Shown here piece after piece: positions 8,553-18,602 of a stretch of DNA of 48,833 bases. Below the pieces are notes generated by a model. It had not been told where the DNA came from. It was given only the letters and a program-made list of their open reading frames with translations, and searched no databases. Every line of letters begins with the position of its first letter. Positions within the stretch are counted from its first letter, which is position 1. Source of the stretch: a virus (lineage: Duplodnaviria > Caudoviricetes); IMG/VR virus record IMGVR_UViG_3300042196_000028, positions 1 through 48,833 of that record, one strand, 5' to 3'. The position numbers and the translations under genes were made by a program.

Positions 8553-10195
8553 TAAACCTGTTCCGCTTCCTCGTATCTCACATCAAACCCGTTCACATGC
8601 AGAACAACGTCAAGCCCGCTCGATTGTGAAACCTGAGCGCGCATGTTCGGCGTAGCGCAGAATCCCACATTGCTTGCCTCAATCCATTCGGCCTGCGATT
8701 GTTCGGCGGTACTTCCCCATTCAAACGATCCCCAGACCGCCTCACCCCACAACGCGCCTTCCAGTTCAATAACCGTGGCGACAATCGGCGGGTCGCGGTC
8801 CTCGAAATCCACATTCAAATCAATCGAGGGGACCACTTGCCCATTCGTCGTCAGGATCGGACGCACTTGCTTGAAGTGCTTGTTCTTGCCGGGCGAGCCG
8901 AAATAATTAAACGCGGGCTTGAGTTTCAGGGTGATCGCCATGCCGTTATCGAGCGATCCAATATCATGCTCGAAAACCTTGCCCCCAGCCCCTCCGAAGA
9001 AAATACGGTCGTCCATGGTTTCCCAACAAATCGCATTCATTCCGATATATCGGCACCAAGCGCCGGAAAGCGTGTTCATGACGAACTGCCTGCCGGCAGA
9101 CCCTTCGGTCGTCGGGATATTGAGAAAAGCAGCCGTGCCCCTTGGGTAGCCGATTAACTGCCAGCCGAAATTAGCACCATAGAGCGTGGCCGCGTCGTTC
9201 ATGGCCTTCTGAATGCGCGCGGTAAGCTCAACCAACTGGATTGCGCCACGGTCCAATGAAATTGCCTTTGAAAGCGGTATCACCCCGTCAATCGTAATCA
9301 GCGCAAGATCGCCTGCAATCTTTGTCAGGCACCGCCTGCCAATCGGAGCGCCAAGATCGAACACCCCAACCAATGACCATGTATCGGCACTGGCCGGGTT
9401 AGTGCCCTGATAGATTGCCACTTGCCCGCGGCTGGAAATCGCTACAAACAGATCGTCCGGCCCAGATCCTGAATCAATCGTCCAGGTGCCGGTAGCCATT
9501 AGGTAGCCGCCCTTCGTGAACTGAGCGCCGAAGTCGAATGCTACCGATGTTCCTCCAATGGAATCGATCGGGAGATAACGGGCGACCGTGCTTTCGTTGA
9601 TCGTGAACCACAGACGGCGCTTGTGCGCGTTGATATGAATTGCGTCGTCCACCGCGTCACTATCGACGCTCACCGCACCAAGCGTAGAGCCGTCATAGGT
9701 GATCGGCGTGTCGGCACCGTTCACGCCGACAAGAAACTTCCCCCCAGATGTCGTGAAGTTCGTATGCTGAAAGCGGCTGTTGGTATATCCATCGTCAACG
9801 AATACACCATCGTCATTCGCGGTAACGTCATTGATCGTTCCACCGGCAACCGCAAAAAGTTTATTAGCCGTCAGGCCGTGATAGGCCATGAGCGTTTCGA
9901 CGGCAGAGGTAATTGGAGCCGGAGGAACAGCGGGAGTTGGCGGTTCCTCTATTTCTTCCTCGCCTTCATCGTGCACCTGCGCATGAAGCACATGCCCGCG
10001 CCTGATACGGCAATAAGCCTGTTCTGGAAACCAATTGTCCAGATACAAGGCACGCTTTGGAAGCATGGCCTGTATCGGGCTAGAAGAATCCCAGCCTTCA
10101 ATCGGGGGTGGAATGCTTTTCGTAATCAGACGGTTTGGCGTTTTTGGCCGGGCGGGCGAGCGCATCAGCATTTTACGGAACAATGATTCCGGCAT
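8552..10195 (-). CDS. Tail nozzle / DNA stabilisation protein (P22 gp10 or T7 gp12-like)
   Basis: ~550 aa beta-propeller-like composition, directly after the adaptor; exact start uncertain. Confidence 0.75.
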   Translation of the reverse strand: MPESLFRKMLMRSPARPKTPNRLITKSIPPPIEGWDSSSPIQAMLPKRALYLDNWFPEQAYCRIRRGHVLHAQVHDEGEEEIEEPPTPAVPPAPITSAVETLMAYHGLTANKLFAVAGGTINDVTANDDGVFVDDGYTNSRFQHTNFTTSGGKFLVGVNGADTPITYDGSTLGAVSVDSDAVDDAIHINAHKRRLWFTINESTVARYLPIDSIGGTSVAFDFGAQFTKGGYLMATGTWTIDSGSGPDDLFVAISSRGQVAIYQGTNPASADTWSLVGVFDLGAPIGRRCLTKIAGDLALITIDGVIPLSKAISLDRGAIQLVELTARIQKAMNDAATLYGANFGWQLIGYPRGTAAFLNIPTTEGSAGRQFVMNTLSGAWCRYIGMNAICWETMDDRIFFGGAGGKVFEHDIGSLDNGMAITLKLKPAFNYFGSPGKNKHFKQVRPILTTNGQVVPSIDLNVDFEDRDPPIVATVIELEGALWGEAVWGSFEWGSTAEQSQAEWIEASNVGFCATPNMRAQVSQSSGLDVVLHVNGFDVRYEEAEQV

Positions 10196-10874
10196 AAGCC
10201 ATCTGCGCGTCGTAAGGCAGGCGCTGACGGCCAACAGTGATTATGCGGGAGCCCTTCTCGCGCCCTGCTTCCTCGCCCAAGGCGACATTGTAATTCGTCA
10301 TATCCTCCGCATACTCGAATTTCTTCTGCGCCTTCCATCGCCAGATCAAGCCGAGCGTTAACAAGCGTTCGGGTAGAATGAAAGTCTGTCCGTCCGCGTC
10401 GAATTGCGTCTTGGTGAATGTAACGCCTTCATCTTCGCTCACGATCAGGTTGGAGATATAATAGAACTTCGCGGATTCACCGGTAGCGAGCGCCGGTTTT
10501 ATGGCAAGTTTATTCCCGACAACAATCCACACGCCCGGAGAGCCGATGACGGACGTAAGCTGAAACTCCAACCATTGATCCAGGTCCTGTGCACGGTCCA
10601 ATGGAAGCTGGGAACGGCTGGAATAGATATTTCCCTTGATCGGCATCCGGTCGTAATCGGAAGGGAATAAAAACTCCGTAGCCGTCCCGTCGCCGCCTTG
10701 CGTCTTGAGCAATGTAAGCTTGCGCCAGTCGTGCGCCTTCATGACCGCAACCGCCGTTTCGTTCACAAGATCGGCAAGCTCGATCATGAGCTTGTCGTTC
10801 GATGTGAATAAAGCTGTCGGCCTGCGCCCCGCTATGCGGATTGCTGCGGCCTGAACGGCGGCGAGTACGGTCAT
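10173..10874 (-). CDS. Head-tail adaptor (tail tubular protein A-like)
   Basis: MTVLAAVQ..helical N-terminus; LLTLGLIWRWK..EYAEDM C-terminus; synteny. Confidence 0.75.
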   Translation of the reverse strand: MTVLAAVQAAAIRIAGRRPTALFTSNDKLMIELADLVNETAVAVMKAHDWRKLTLLKTQGGDGTATEFLFPSDYDRMPIKGNIYSSRSQLPLDRAQDLDQWLEFQLTSVIGSPGVWIVVGNKLAIKPALATGESAKFYYISNLIVSEDEGVTFTKTQFDADGQTFILPERLLTLGLIWRWKAQKKFEYAEDMTNYNVALGEEAGREKGSRIITVGRQRLPYDAQMAYAGIIVP

Positions 10875-11536
10875 CAGGCGGCTACCTTCGTGGCGATCTC
10901 AGTGACCTTGGCAAGCAGGGTTTCGCGCTTGGGATTGCCCCGCACGCCTTCGCCGGTCTGCTTTTTGATGTAGGCTTTCAGGTCGGCATCGCTGAGTTCG
11001 GAAATATCGCGCTCCTGCGGTTCCTGAACAACCGAAACAGGTGAAGCCGGATTGGATTGCAGACGCTCAACCATTTCGCGAAGGCGGGATAGTTCCGCCG
11101 CCATTTCAGCGTTTGCAGCGCCAGACTTGGCATTGGCGAGAAACGCCTTGGCCTGGTCCCGTTCGGCCCGTGCATTGAAGCCAAGCCCAGCCAGATTGGC
11201 GTCACTGACTTCCGCGTATTCCTCGACCGAAAAGATATTCATGGCCTTCAATTCAGCCACGCGGCCCGTTGTGAGAATGGGCCAATGCTCGACCGGGGTT
11301 CCGGTAGCGGCCCGTTCCTCGCCGCGTTTGAAAGCCGAATAGGCTTCCGGCCAACGCTGTCTGTGTTCGTTGTCCACAAGGAATGACGGCTTGGTGAGCC
11401 GGTCGCCGGGAATAACAACCCGTACCATCTCAACCTCATCGAAGATCGGCCGCCCTTCCTTCTGTGACTTGAAATCGTTCTTGATCGCAGTCTTGTAGAA
11501 CTGCGGAGTTACGCCACGGCTTTCTTTTTCGGACAT
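10874..11536 (-). CDS. Conserved phage head-completion region protein
   Basis: GRPIF..V.IPGD..HRQRWP..Y..FK pattern; synteny; ATGA coupling. Confidence 0.6.
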   Translation of the reverse strand: MSEKESRGVTPQFYKTAIKNDFKSQKEGRPIFDEVEMVRVVIPGDRLTKPSFLVDNEHRQRWPEAYSAFKRGEERAATGTPVEHWPILTTGRVAELKAMNIFSVEEYAEVSDANLAGLGFNARAERDQAKAFLANAKSGAANAEMAAELSRLREMVERLQSNPASPVSVVQEPQERDISELSDADLKAYIKKQTGEGVRGNPKRETLLAKVTEIATKVAA

Positions 11537-11550
11537 AGTGTCTCCTTGGG

Positions 11551-12906
11551 TTATGAGTTCTCAACGAAAAACTGGCAGTGTTCTTCATTCTGCCAGAGAA
11601 TTTTCAGCCCGAGCTGGTTGAGCTTTTCAGCCCACCATTCATGCGGACGAACCGTGTTATGCAGCGTTGCGCCGATCAGGACGCCACTGCGGTCGGGTAG
11701 TGTGGCGATCTGAAAGAACGTCTGTTTGGCCGACTCCATAATATTTTGGATGACCGTATCGACATCTTTTTCGGGAATATGCTCCATCACGTCGATGCAG
11801 TAGCCGTAGGGAGCGCGAAGCGGGATTCGCTTGGTCAAGTCGGCCACAAGAAACGGCATCGACAAGGCTTCTGCGTCCCGACAATTATCTGCGAAGTCCA
11901 CCAGGATCGGTTCGTAACCGAATTTCGCCAATGCAATTGATGCGCGGCCAGTGCCACACCCGAAATCAATCACGCGATCCAGCTCAGTCAGTTTCAGGAA
12001 CGCCTCGACAACGACCTCGCCCGGAGACACAATGCGGTATTGTTCAAGCCCCCACATCAAAACGTATTTGTCACGCTCGGTCAGGTTTTCCGGTTTTGTC
12101 CGGTACATCGCCTGCAACAACCCGTCACCGTACAACTCAATAGTGCAACCCAAATCATTTAAGGCTCGCGCGATGGGCTGAAACGCCGATGCTTGGCCCT
12201 TCATTACAACGCTTGACTTGTAGGTTTTTCCGGCCCACTCGGCGTCGATTATCGGTATGCTCTCGTTCATCGGCTGGCTGTAAGCGTGCGTGCGGCCATC
12301 CTTGTTGCAAGAGTCGTAGCCGAAGACGTGAAGCTCGCGATGGCCAAGGCCATAGGCGACGTTCATGGCAGTTGGCCCTACCGCCGCCGCTCCGCCAAAC
12401 ATGGCATAGCCGCCGCGCTTAACACGCTCTGCCGGAAACAATTCCTCAATTTCTGGAATCGCGTAGTGCCAGACAGTCGGAGCCTCAACCGCATCCATCG
12501 TTAGCGGGTCAACCTGTGAGCCGAACAAGTGCGCCTTGGCGTTCGGATCAACAAGAATAGATGTCTGCGGCTTTGCGTCAGCAATAACCTGATAATCTGC
12601 CACTATGCCCTGCGTCTGAAGCCACTTTGACGCGCCGTTCAGGGCGAAAATCTTTCCCCCGCCTCGTTGCAGGGCTCGAATCGTATCGACGTAATCAACA
12701 ACCGACGCGCCGCCACCGACCATAATTGCGGCATTGCCGTTGACCGGCTGCTTACCAACCCAAGGCAACTCCCGCGCGGCATTGATGCGGACATTATGCT
12801 TGATTTCTTCGTCAGGGCGATTTTTCAAAACCAGTATCGGGATACTGAGCGGCATCGTGGCGTCGGGATTCTGAATGTCCTTTTGAACCATATAGCCGTG
12901 CAGCAT
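11551..12906 (-). CDS. Fusion of a DUF115/Maf/MptE-like domain and a class I SAM methyltransferase
   Basis: N-terminal AIMVGGGAS, IFALNGA, AYGLGHRELHVFGYDS; C-terminal VIDFGCGTG and CIDVMEHIP. Confidence 0.75.
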   Translation of the reverse strand: MLHGYMVQKDIQNPDATMPLSIPILVLKNRPDEEIKHNVRINAARELPWVGKQPVNGNAAIMVGGGASVVDYVDTIRALQRGGGKIFALNGASKWLQTQGIVADYQVIADAKPQTSILVDPNAKAHLFGSQVDPLTMDAVEAPTVWHYAIPEIEELFPAERVKRGGYAMFGGAAAVGPTAMNVAYGLGHRELHVFGYDSCNKDGRTHAYSQPMNESIPIIDAEWAGKTYKSSVVMKGQASAFQPIARALNDLGCTIELYGDGLLQAMYRTKPENLTERDKYVLMWGLEQYRIVSPGEVVVEAFLKLTELDRVIDFGCGTGRASIALAKFGYEPILVDFADNCRDAEALSMPFLVADLTKRIPLRAPYGYCIDVMEHIPEKDVDTVIQNIMESAKQTFFQIATLPDRSGVLIGATLHNTVRPHEWWAEKLNQLGLKILWQNEEHCQFFVENS

Positions 12907-12925
12907 TTCATACTCCGGTAAGGTG

Positions 12926-12958
12926 AAAGGGGCAGCCGTTAAGCCGCCCCTTCTTTTC
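12926..12958. terminator. Hairpin/terminator after the capsid genes
   Basis: AAGGGGC..GCCCCTT inverted repeat with flanking A/T tracts. Confidence 0.6.
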
Positions 12959-12959
12959 G

Positions 12960-13454
12960 TTACGACAGATCAGACGGCCCAATCGGGCGGCTGATCATAA
13001 CCAGCGCGAGAGTACCCAAAGCGCCGGATGACGTAGACACAGCGGCAGCAACAGCGCCCTGCATTTGCAGGCCGGTTGCGGCTGCCACGACATGTCCCGC
13101 CGTTGCACCAACGCGCGCGCCAGCAGCAAGGCTGAGGTTGATTGCCTTATCTGCCAGAGCGAGCCCGCCGATCTGGTACCATCCGAACTGGTTGGCAACA
13201 TTGGCGGACATCGCCACCGCAAGCGGGTCAGGCTCATCAAGAGCAATCGACGCAAGCGCGGTCGCGCCCGAACCGCTATAGTTTACGACTGATCCAACTA
13301 CCGTAGAGCCTATGCCCTGCAAGTAGATGAACTCGCCCTCACCATAGGTCGGGTCTGTTGCTCTCCGCACCGTCCGCAGTGGATGATTCTGCACCGTGGA
13401 CGTTTCGGAGATCGGCTGCCAACCGAGGGAGTTCTCAGTGAACTTATAAGCCAT
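12960..13454 (-). CDS. Capsid decoration/minor capsid protein
   Basis: 164 aa A/G-rich, GEFIYL and FGWYQI motifs, directly after the major capsid gene. Confidence 0.7.
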   Translation of the reverse strand: MAYKFTENSLGWQPISETSTVQNHPLRTVRRATDPTYGEGEFIYLQGIGSTVVGSVVNYSGSGATALASIALDEPDPLAVAMSANVANQFGWYQIGGLALADKAINLSLAAGARVGATAGHVVAAATGLQMQGAVAAAVSTSSGALGTLALVMISRPIGPSDLS

Positions 13455-13467
13455 GTTCTGAGCCCTC

Positions 13468-14475
13468 CTAAGTGGTCAGTTTCGCTTGCCAAAGCGGATT
13501 GGCGAGCGTCAGGTTTCCATAGAAGCCAATGTGCTGGACAATGGCGTCCTGGTTGACCGGGCGCTGCTTACCGCCGAAGGCAACGAAGTTGCGGTCGGGG
13601 TGATAACGGAACTTGAACCCGTCTTCTCCGACCTTGAGGAAGTATGAAGTGCCTGAAGGCATAGCCGAGCCGATACCGCCCTCCAGTACGACATCAAGCT
13701 CGTAACCCGCGCCCGCGAATGCGAGAGACGGGAAGCCGAGTTCTGCCGACTTGCCTTCCTTGGTGACGCGCTGAATGGCGACCAAGGCTTGCTGGAACAT
13801 GCGGTAGTGCGTGGCGTCCGCCGCAATCACATTCGGGCCGTTCTTGCCGCGCGTGCGATTGATAAGCACCTGTGTATAGGCGTCGTGGATTGTCGCCGCG
13901 ACAAGCGATGCACTGGTCAAGCCGGTGCCCGTATAGGCTCCGGTCTGCCAGAGAGGCACGGTGTCGCGGTCGATGCCGCCATAGACGCCAGCCGATGACG
14001 GGGTAGTGGGAACGGCAAGCTGAAAGCCGCCGATCTGCCGTCCGCCGTCTGAAGTACCGTCGTCGTGAAGGTCTTCCACGAAACGGTCTTTCAGTTCTTG
14101 CTCTGCGGCTTGAATGTGAGTTTTCATCACATCCTTTATTTGATTTTCTCCAGAGTTTTGGAGAATTTCCTCGCCGGAGAGTGTGACGGAAACAGCCGCC
14201 AGTTTTGGCAGATATTCCGCGTCGTTGATGAGTTCTACCGGGATGGGATTCAGGAACTCATAACCCGAGTATCGAGTATAAGTGCCGGACTCCGCATACA
14301 GCAGACGCTCGCGAATGGTAGGCCCACTGAAAGTGAGCCATCCACCCTTTTTCTTCATTATTGAAAGTATCGCGTTGGAGTTGGAAACAAGATCGGCGTA
14401 GCCGCGCGAACGGTCCTCCAAGGCCAACGAGAATTTTTCGGTCAGCCTGTTAAAGCTGTCCGTGGCAATTGCCAT
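13468..14475 (-). CDS. Major capsid protein
   Basis: 335 aa after the scaffold; ADLVSNSNA, YGGIDR, RPVNQDA, GNLTLAN motifs of this capsid family. Confidence 0.88.
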   Translation of the reverse strand: MAIATDSFNRLTEKFSLALEDRSRGYADLVSNSNAILSIMKKKGGWLTFSGPTIRERLLYAESGTYTRYSGYEFLNPIPVELINDAEYLPKLAAVSVTLSGEEILQNSGENQIKDVMKTHIQAAEQELKDRFVEDLHDDGTSDGGRQIGGFQLAVPTTPSSAGVYGGIDRDTVPLWQTGAYTGTGLTSASLVAATIHDAYTQVLINRTRGKNGPNVIAADATHYRMFQQALVAIQRVTKEGKSAELGFPSLAFAGAGYELDVVLEGGIGSAMPSGTSYFLKVGEDGFKFRYHPDRNFVAFGGKQRPVNQDAIVQHIGFYGNLTLANPLWQAKLTT

Positions 14476-14493
14476 CGCTGTGTTCTCCTGGAA

Positions 14494-15564
14494 TTAAATC
14501 GAGAAGGCCCTGTCCAGAGCCTCGTCAATAGTTCCTGCCGATTTACGTCGCGCTGGGTCTGACCCTTGCGGCGAACCGGTAATGGAAAGCTTCGCCTTGC
14601 CGGTCTGAGCGGGTTCGGTTGGCTTGGTTTGGACAGCCGGGCTCTGCACCGTTGGCTGTATCTGCGTTGTGGCGGGAGCCTGTACGCTGGCAGCGGGGCT
14701 GAGCCGGTCTGCCATTTGGTACGCTTCCGCCAAATCTTTCGCGACCTCGCTTTGCAACAGCTTCGCCATGGTGGGCGATAGCTCGTCGAAACGGCTATGC
14801 GTAGGGTCGCTCTTGAACTTGTCGATCTCACCTTGAAGTTCACGCTGCGTCATGTTTTGCGTGAAGCCGGTAAACTCGCCCTTGAGCCCGGCTAGATCGC
14901 GCTGCGTCTGCGCGAGCAATTGTTTTAGCGCGGACACTTCCGCCGTGTCGCTTGTTCCCGGCTGTGCGGGTGTCGCGGGTTGTCCGCCGAACGCTTCCGA
15001 AAGCTGCTGCGGGGTAACGCCGATATTCTTTGCGACCTCGGTAATACCGGCCTTCCAATCCCTACGCAGTAAAGTTTCAATATTTGTATAGGCCGTCAGC
15101 GCGGCTTCGAGTGTCGTTCCACCATTTCGCGCCATTTTGTCGAATTTTTCTATCCCCGAATAACCCTGGATACGTTCCTGACTTTGGTCAGCGGCCTTCA
15201 CAAGGCCGGTCGCCATGCGTGTTAGTTCTGCCTTTGCAGTTTCAGATAGTGAAGACCACTCTTTTTTCAGTCCGTCTGGAAAGCGTTTCCAGACCTGTTC
15301 GTCAATTGGTGGGGCATCCGCAGCGACTGCGGCTGTAGCAGGAGCCGCAACAACCGGAGTCTCCGTCTCTGCGGTGTATTTTCCCGTTTCCGGGTCGCGG
15401 TTTCTTTTTGTTTCTACCTTTTCTGTCGCGCCGTCATCTTCCGAAAACGCCTTATCCAAGGCCGAGTCGATTGTCGTTGGGACCGACTCTGGTTGCGTCG
15501 ATATGTTTTCAGATACAGCTTCGTCGTTCTCGCTGTCTGAGGGCGAAATTGGATTGTCGATCAT
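14494..15564 (-). CDS. Capsid scaffolding protein
   Basis: Acidic disordered N-terminus with RDPETGKY, coiled coil, C-terminal IDEALDRAF; precedes the capsid gene. Confidence 0.75.
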   Translation of the reverse strand: MIDNPISPSDSENDEAVSENISTQPESVPTTIDSALDKAFSEDDGATEKVETKRNRDPETGKYTAETETPVVAAPATAAVAADAPPIDEQVWKRFPDGLKKEWSSLSETAKAELTRMATGLVKAADQSQERIQGYSGIEKFDKMARNGGTTLEAALTAYTNIETLLRRDWKAGITEVAKNIGVTPQQLSEAFGGQPATPAQPGTSDTAEVSALKQLLAQTQRDLAGLKGEFTGFTQNMTQRELQGEIDKFKSDPTHSRFDELSPTMAKLLQSEVAKDLAEAYQMADRLSPAASVQAPATTQIQPTVQSPAVQTKPTEPAQTGKAKLSITGSPQGSDPARRKSAGTIDEALDRAFSI

Positions 15565-15578
15565 GATTTTTCCTTGGC

Positions 15579-15872
15579 TTATTCTCTGGCAAATGCCCGT
15601 TCAACAGCGTCACTAATACCCTTGCGGTCGGGCGGGGCTTTCTTCGGAGGCTTTTGTTCTTCGTTGCCGACTTCAATGTAGCCAGCTTGACGGTAGGACC
15701 GTCTCAGCGAGGACTTGCTGGTGTAGGTTTTCCCATCGACCATCGACCGGACTTCAATGTTGTCGGTCTGGATCATGGGTGCCGGTAAGTGCGACCGGCA
15801 ATCCGTTTCGTTCCTGACACGGCGCATGACCTTCCGGCCATTGCCGATGTCAATCCATGCGTATTCAGGCAT
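15579..15872 (-). CDS. Conserved hypothetical phage protein
   Basis: SMVDGKTYTSKSSLRR..GYIEVGNE motif, often seen upstream of scaffold genes. Confidence 0.65.
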   Translation of the reverse strand: MPEYAWIDIGNGRKVMRRVRNETDCRSHLPAPMIQTDNIEVRSMVDGKTYTSKSSLRRSYRQAGYIEVGNEEQKPPKKAPPDRKGISDAVERAFARE

Positions 15873-16144
15873 TACGCAGCGAAGGCAGCCGCGATGGACG
15901 CCACAATGGCGTTCGCCAGATTATACGGAACGCCCAAACCGGCCAGCCTTGCGTTCGCGCCGTCAGGCGGCGAGCCTTCAAGGTCGATCTGCGATGCCAA
16001 TTCAGTTGCCAACGGCGCGGGACAACCCAAGCCCATTAACATCGTTGCGTTCTCACCGTCATTGATCTGCCTTGCCAGTTCTACGGCAAGTTCGGGAGCC
16101 ATGCCCTCGCGAACGAACGGCATTGCGGTTGCTGCGGTAGCCAT
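15872..16144 (-). CDS. Hypothetical protein with internal GxxxxLA repeats
   Basis: GGAGA RBS; TAATG coupling; three repeats of G(M/C/V)xxxLA. Confidence 0.6.
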   Translation of the reverse strand: MATAATAMPFVREGMAPELAVELARQINDGENATMLMGLGCPAPLATELASQIDLEGSPPDGANARLAGLGVPYNLANAIVASIAAAFAA

Positions 16145-16153
16145 GTGCTTCTC

Positions 16154-17086
16154 CTAGGAAAGAGTAATGTCGTATTTTTCTGCAAGATATTCCCGAAGTG
16201 CGGTGCGCTGTCCGGCGCTTGGAATCGTCGAGCAAAGAACATGCTCGAAATGCGGACCCGCCCATGCGCGCTGTCCGGTTGGACGATTACCGATCGCAAG
16301 GGACTTCGCGCTGTCGTCCTGCATGGTCCCGACGGGATTTGTGTCGTTCACGATGCTACCCGTATCGAGCGCCGCGCCGTTAAGTGTGAAGGTCGGGCGA
16401 TTGGCGTCGGATGATGCGTTAAACGTAATCTCGATGATAAACGGCTCGTCCTCCGGGATCGCAGTCTCACACCCAAGCCCCATGCTCGTGCCGGAAAAGC
16501 CCATGAGGAAGCGGAGGTTGAAATTGGTCCCCGAGCGAAGATCGGCGTAGATGTCCCAATAGCCTGACGAACTTGAATCCTTTCCAATGAGGCGCGGCGT
16601 TCCTGCGCTCGACCCCGTGAACTGCACGACCGAACAGAGATAGCCGCCGGTAGCCCATACATTCGCGAGCGACCCGCTCGGCGGGGCGACCAGCATGTGG
16701 TCAAAATCGCCCGCTGACGGCCAAACAATTGCCGGTTGATCGTTCACGACATCGGCGTCAAAATCCGGCCGGTCTTCGGTGGTCGTTTGTACCGCATGGT
16801 TTCCATTGCCGGACGAATCGTTTGACGCTGCGACTTCACTATCAATTATCTCGACAACCCCACCACGAAGCCACAATGCAAGATCGGTCAGCCCCTGAAC
16901 TTCCGGCACGCTATCGGCGGATAAATCCACCTGCATTCCGTGGCCGACAATTCCGTAATCTCCAACATCGTCCGAATAACGAAAGCTTGGCGAGAGAATC
17001 CGCACCCATGCAATGCCGTTGGGATTGATATAAGCCTTTTGTCCGAACTCCCCGCTGGCTAATACTGCACGTTCCCAAACTGCCAT
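16154..17086 (-). CDS. LamG/ConA-like lectin-fold virion protein
   Basis: LALWL..DSSGNGNHAVQ..RP and C-terminal YLAEKY pattern. Confidence 0.7.
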   Translation of the reverse strand: MAVWERAVLASGEFGQKAYINPNGIAWVRILSPSFRYSDDVGDYGIVGHGMQVDLSADSVPEVQGLTDLALWLRGGVVEIIDSEVAASNDSSGNGNHAVQTTTEDRPDFDADVVNDQPAIVWPSAGDFDHMLVAPPSGSLANVWATGGYLCSVVQFTGSSAGTPRLIGKDSSSSGYWDIYADLRSGTNFNLRFLMGFSGTSMGLGCETAIPEDEPFIIEITFNASSDANRPTFTLNGAALDTGSIVNDTNPVGTMQDDSAKSLAIGNRPTGQRAWAGPHFEHVLCSTIPSAGQRTALREYLAEKYDITLS

Positions 17087-17095
17087 GTTTAATTC

Positions 17096-17443
17096 CTATG
17101 CGGCGAGAAGCAGGATTAGTGCTTCCTCGTCGTCTCTTGCCTGTGCCAATGCGCGTTGCTGTGCAATCGCGTCGGCAATAATTCCCTCGCCGGGCGGGAT
17201 GACAGGTGCAGCTGGGATAAATTCAGGAATAAGCTCAGGTGCGATTGGAGGCGTCGGATCGAACGCCTCTTCAAGGGCGCGCCTTACAGACTCCCGCTCG
17301 TCTTCTGACGTTCGCTGCTTCTTTCGCTTGCGCGAAATATAAAGGGTCGGAAAGCCTTTCGTGGCCGTCTCTGTAGCGGCAGCTATCAACCCCCAGGCAT
17401 TGCCCCACGCCGCACCCCAGGAACTTCCCCATGACGAAGCCAT
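17096..17443 (-). CDS. Hypothetical virion-module protein
   Basis: SWGSSWGAAWGNAWG repeat and DDEEALILLL C-terminus. Confidence 0.65.
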   Translation of the reverse strand: MASSWGSSWGAAWGNAWGLIAAATETATKGFPTLYISRKRKKQRTSEDERESVRRALEEAFDPTPPIAPELIPEFIPAAPVIPPGEGIIADAIAQQRALAQARDDEEALILLLAA

Positions 17444-17446
17444 GGC

Positions 17447-18544
17447 TTACGCAGGCCCCCAAGGCGTTGCTTCCGTACCTACGCCCGCGACCTCAACATC
17501 ATTGACGTACTGGATATTAGAATCGACTTGGCCCGCGACGGTGAAGGCGAGGCTATCGGTCTTGGCCTTGATATCGTCCGCCTTCCCATCGAGTGTTGCC
17601 AAATCTGCCGCCGTCGCAGCGTTGTCTGTCCCGCGCATATCTGTATTGACCGTCACGGTATCGACCAATGTCACGCGGGCGATGGTTCTGGTTTCAACTT
17701 CGTCGGCTATTTCTTCGACAGTCGGCGGCGTGCCAGCCGCACCAGCGTTAGCCAATGCTTCCGCAGTCGATCCAGCCACACCGCCATGGTCCGCAATCGC
17801 TTCGGTCCAAACTGCGTCGGCCACTTCACCAGCCGAAACATCGTTCAGGCCAGCCAATGTTGATTGAATGTCCTGCGTATCCGTTTCAATCGCGTCAGCC
17901 GTGGCCTGCAATGCCGCGATCGTGCCGGGGATCGTCGTGCCCGTGTCCGTCAGAATATCGTCAACCTTGCCGTCCGTTGTGGCGAGAGACGCGGCGGTAG
18001 CCGGCGCGTAGTTTGGTTGCGACGCCGCAAGCACGGCACCGTCGGCGCCCGTGAGAAGGTCGAGATCGTTCTGCGCCGTGGTCTGCGCGGTTGCCGTGGC
18101 GTAGCTGGCCGCTGCTATTGTGCGGGCAACCATTTCCGTATTTGTCGGCCCGTCATAATCCGCAAGCGCCTGGTCGGCTTCCGCGTTGACCTGCGCTGCG
18201 GACAAGTTGCTGCGGTTCTCAATCGAGAAATGCGCGAGGGCGGCATTGAACGTCTCGCCGTCCACAATCATGCCCTCAATAACCACGGCATAATCGCTGC
18301 CCGCCACGTAGAAACCCGCGTCGGTGTCGTCGGAGAGATCAATCGTCAGGTGATGCAGCCCGGTCAGGCTGTCGAAATCCTCCGTATCGGTAATGCCTGC
18401 GGCGCTCGACCGTTGTGTAAGTGACTCATTCTTATAAATGCGGATCGAGCCGTTCGTGGCGCGGGTTATGGAGCCCGTACCTACGGCGGTCGTATTCCAC
18501 TTGAAATCGACCGTTTCACCGGCAAGGAAGTCGCCAAGATACAT
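17447..18544 (-). CDS. Acidic A/T/D-rich virion fibre-like protein
   Basis: MYLGDF N-terminal Ig-like domain; repeated ATxDGKxDDI units. Confidence 0.65.
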   Translation of the reverse strand: MYLGDFLAGETVDFKWNTTAVGTGSITRATNGSIRIYKNESLTQRSSAAGITDTEDFDSLTGLHHLTIDLSDDTDAGFYVAGSDYAVVIEGMIVDGETFNAALAHFSIENRSNLSAAQVNAEADQALADYDGPTNTEMVARTIAAASYATATAQTTAQNDLDLLTGADGAVLAASQPNYAPATAASLATTDGKVDDILTDTGTTIPGTIAALQATADAIETDTQDIQSTLAGLNDVSAGEVADAVWTEAIADHGGVAGSTAEALANAGAAGTPPTVEEIADEVETRTIARVTLVDTVTVNTDMRGTDNAATAADLATLDGKADDIKAKTDSLAFTVAGQVDSNIQYVNDVEVAGVGTEATPWGPA

Positions 18545-18602
18545 CGGGTTATCGGCCTTTATTTCAGGTTGCGCTCCGCGCGGGCGGGGCTAAATTCAGC
18601 CA

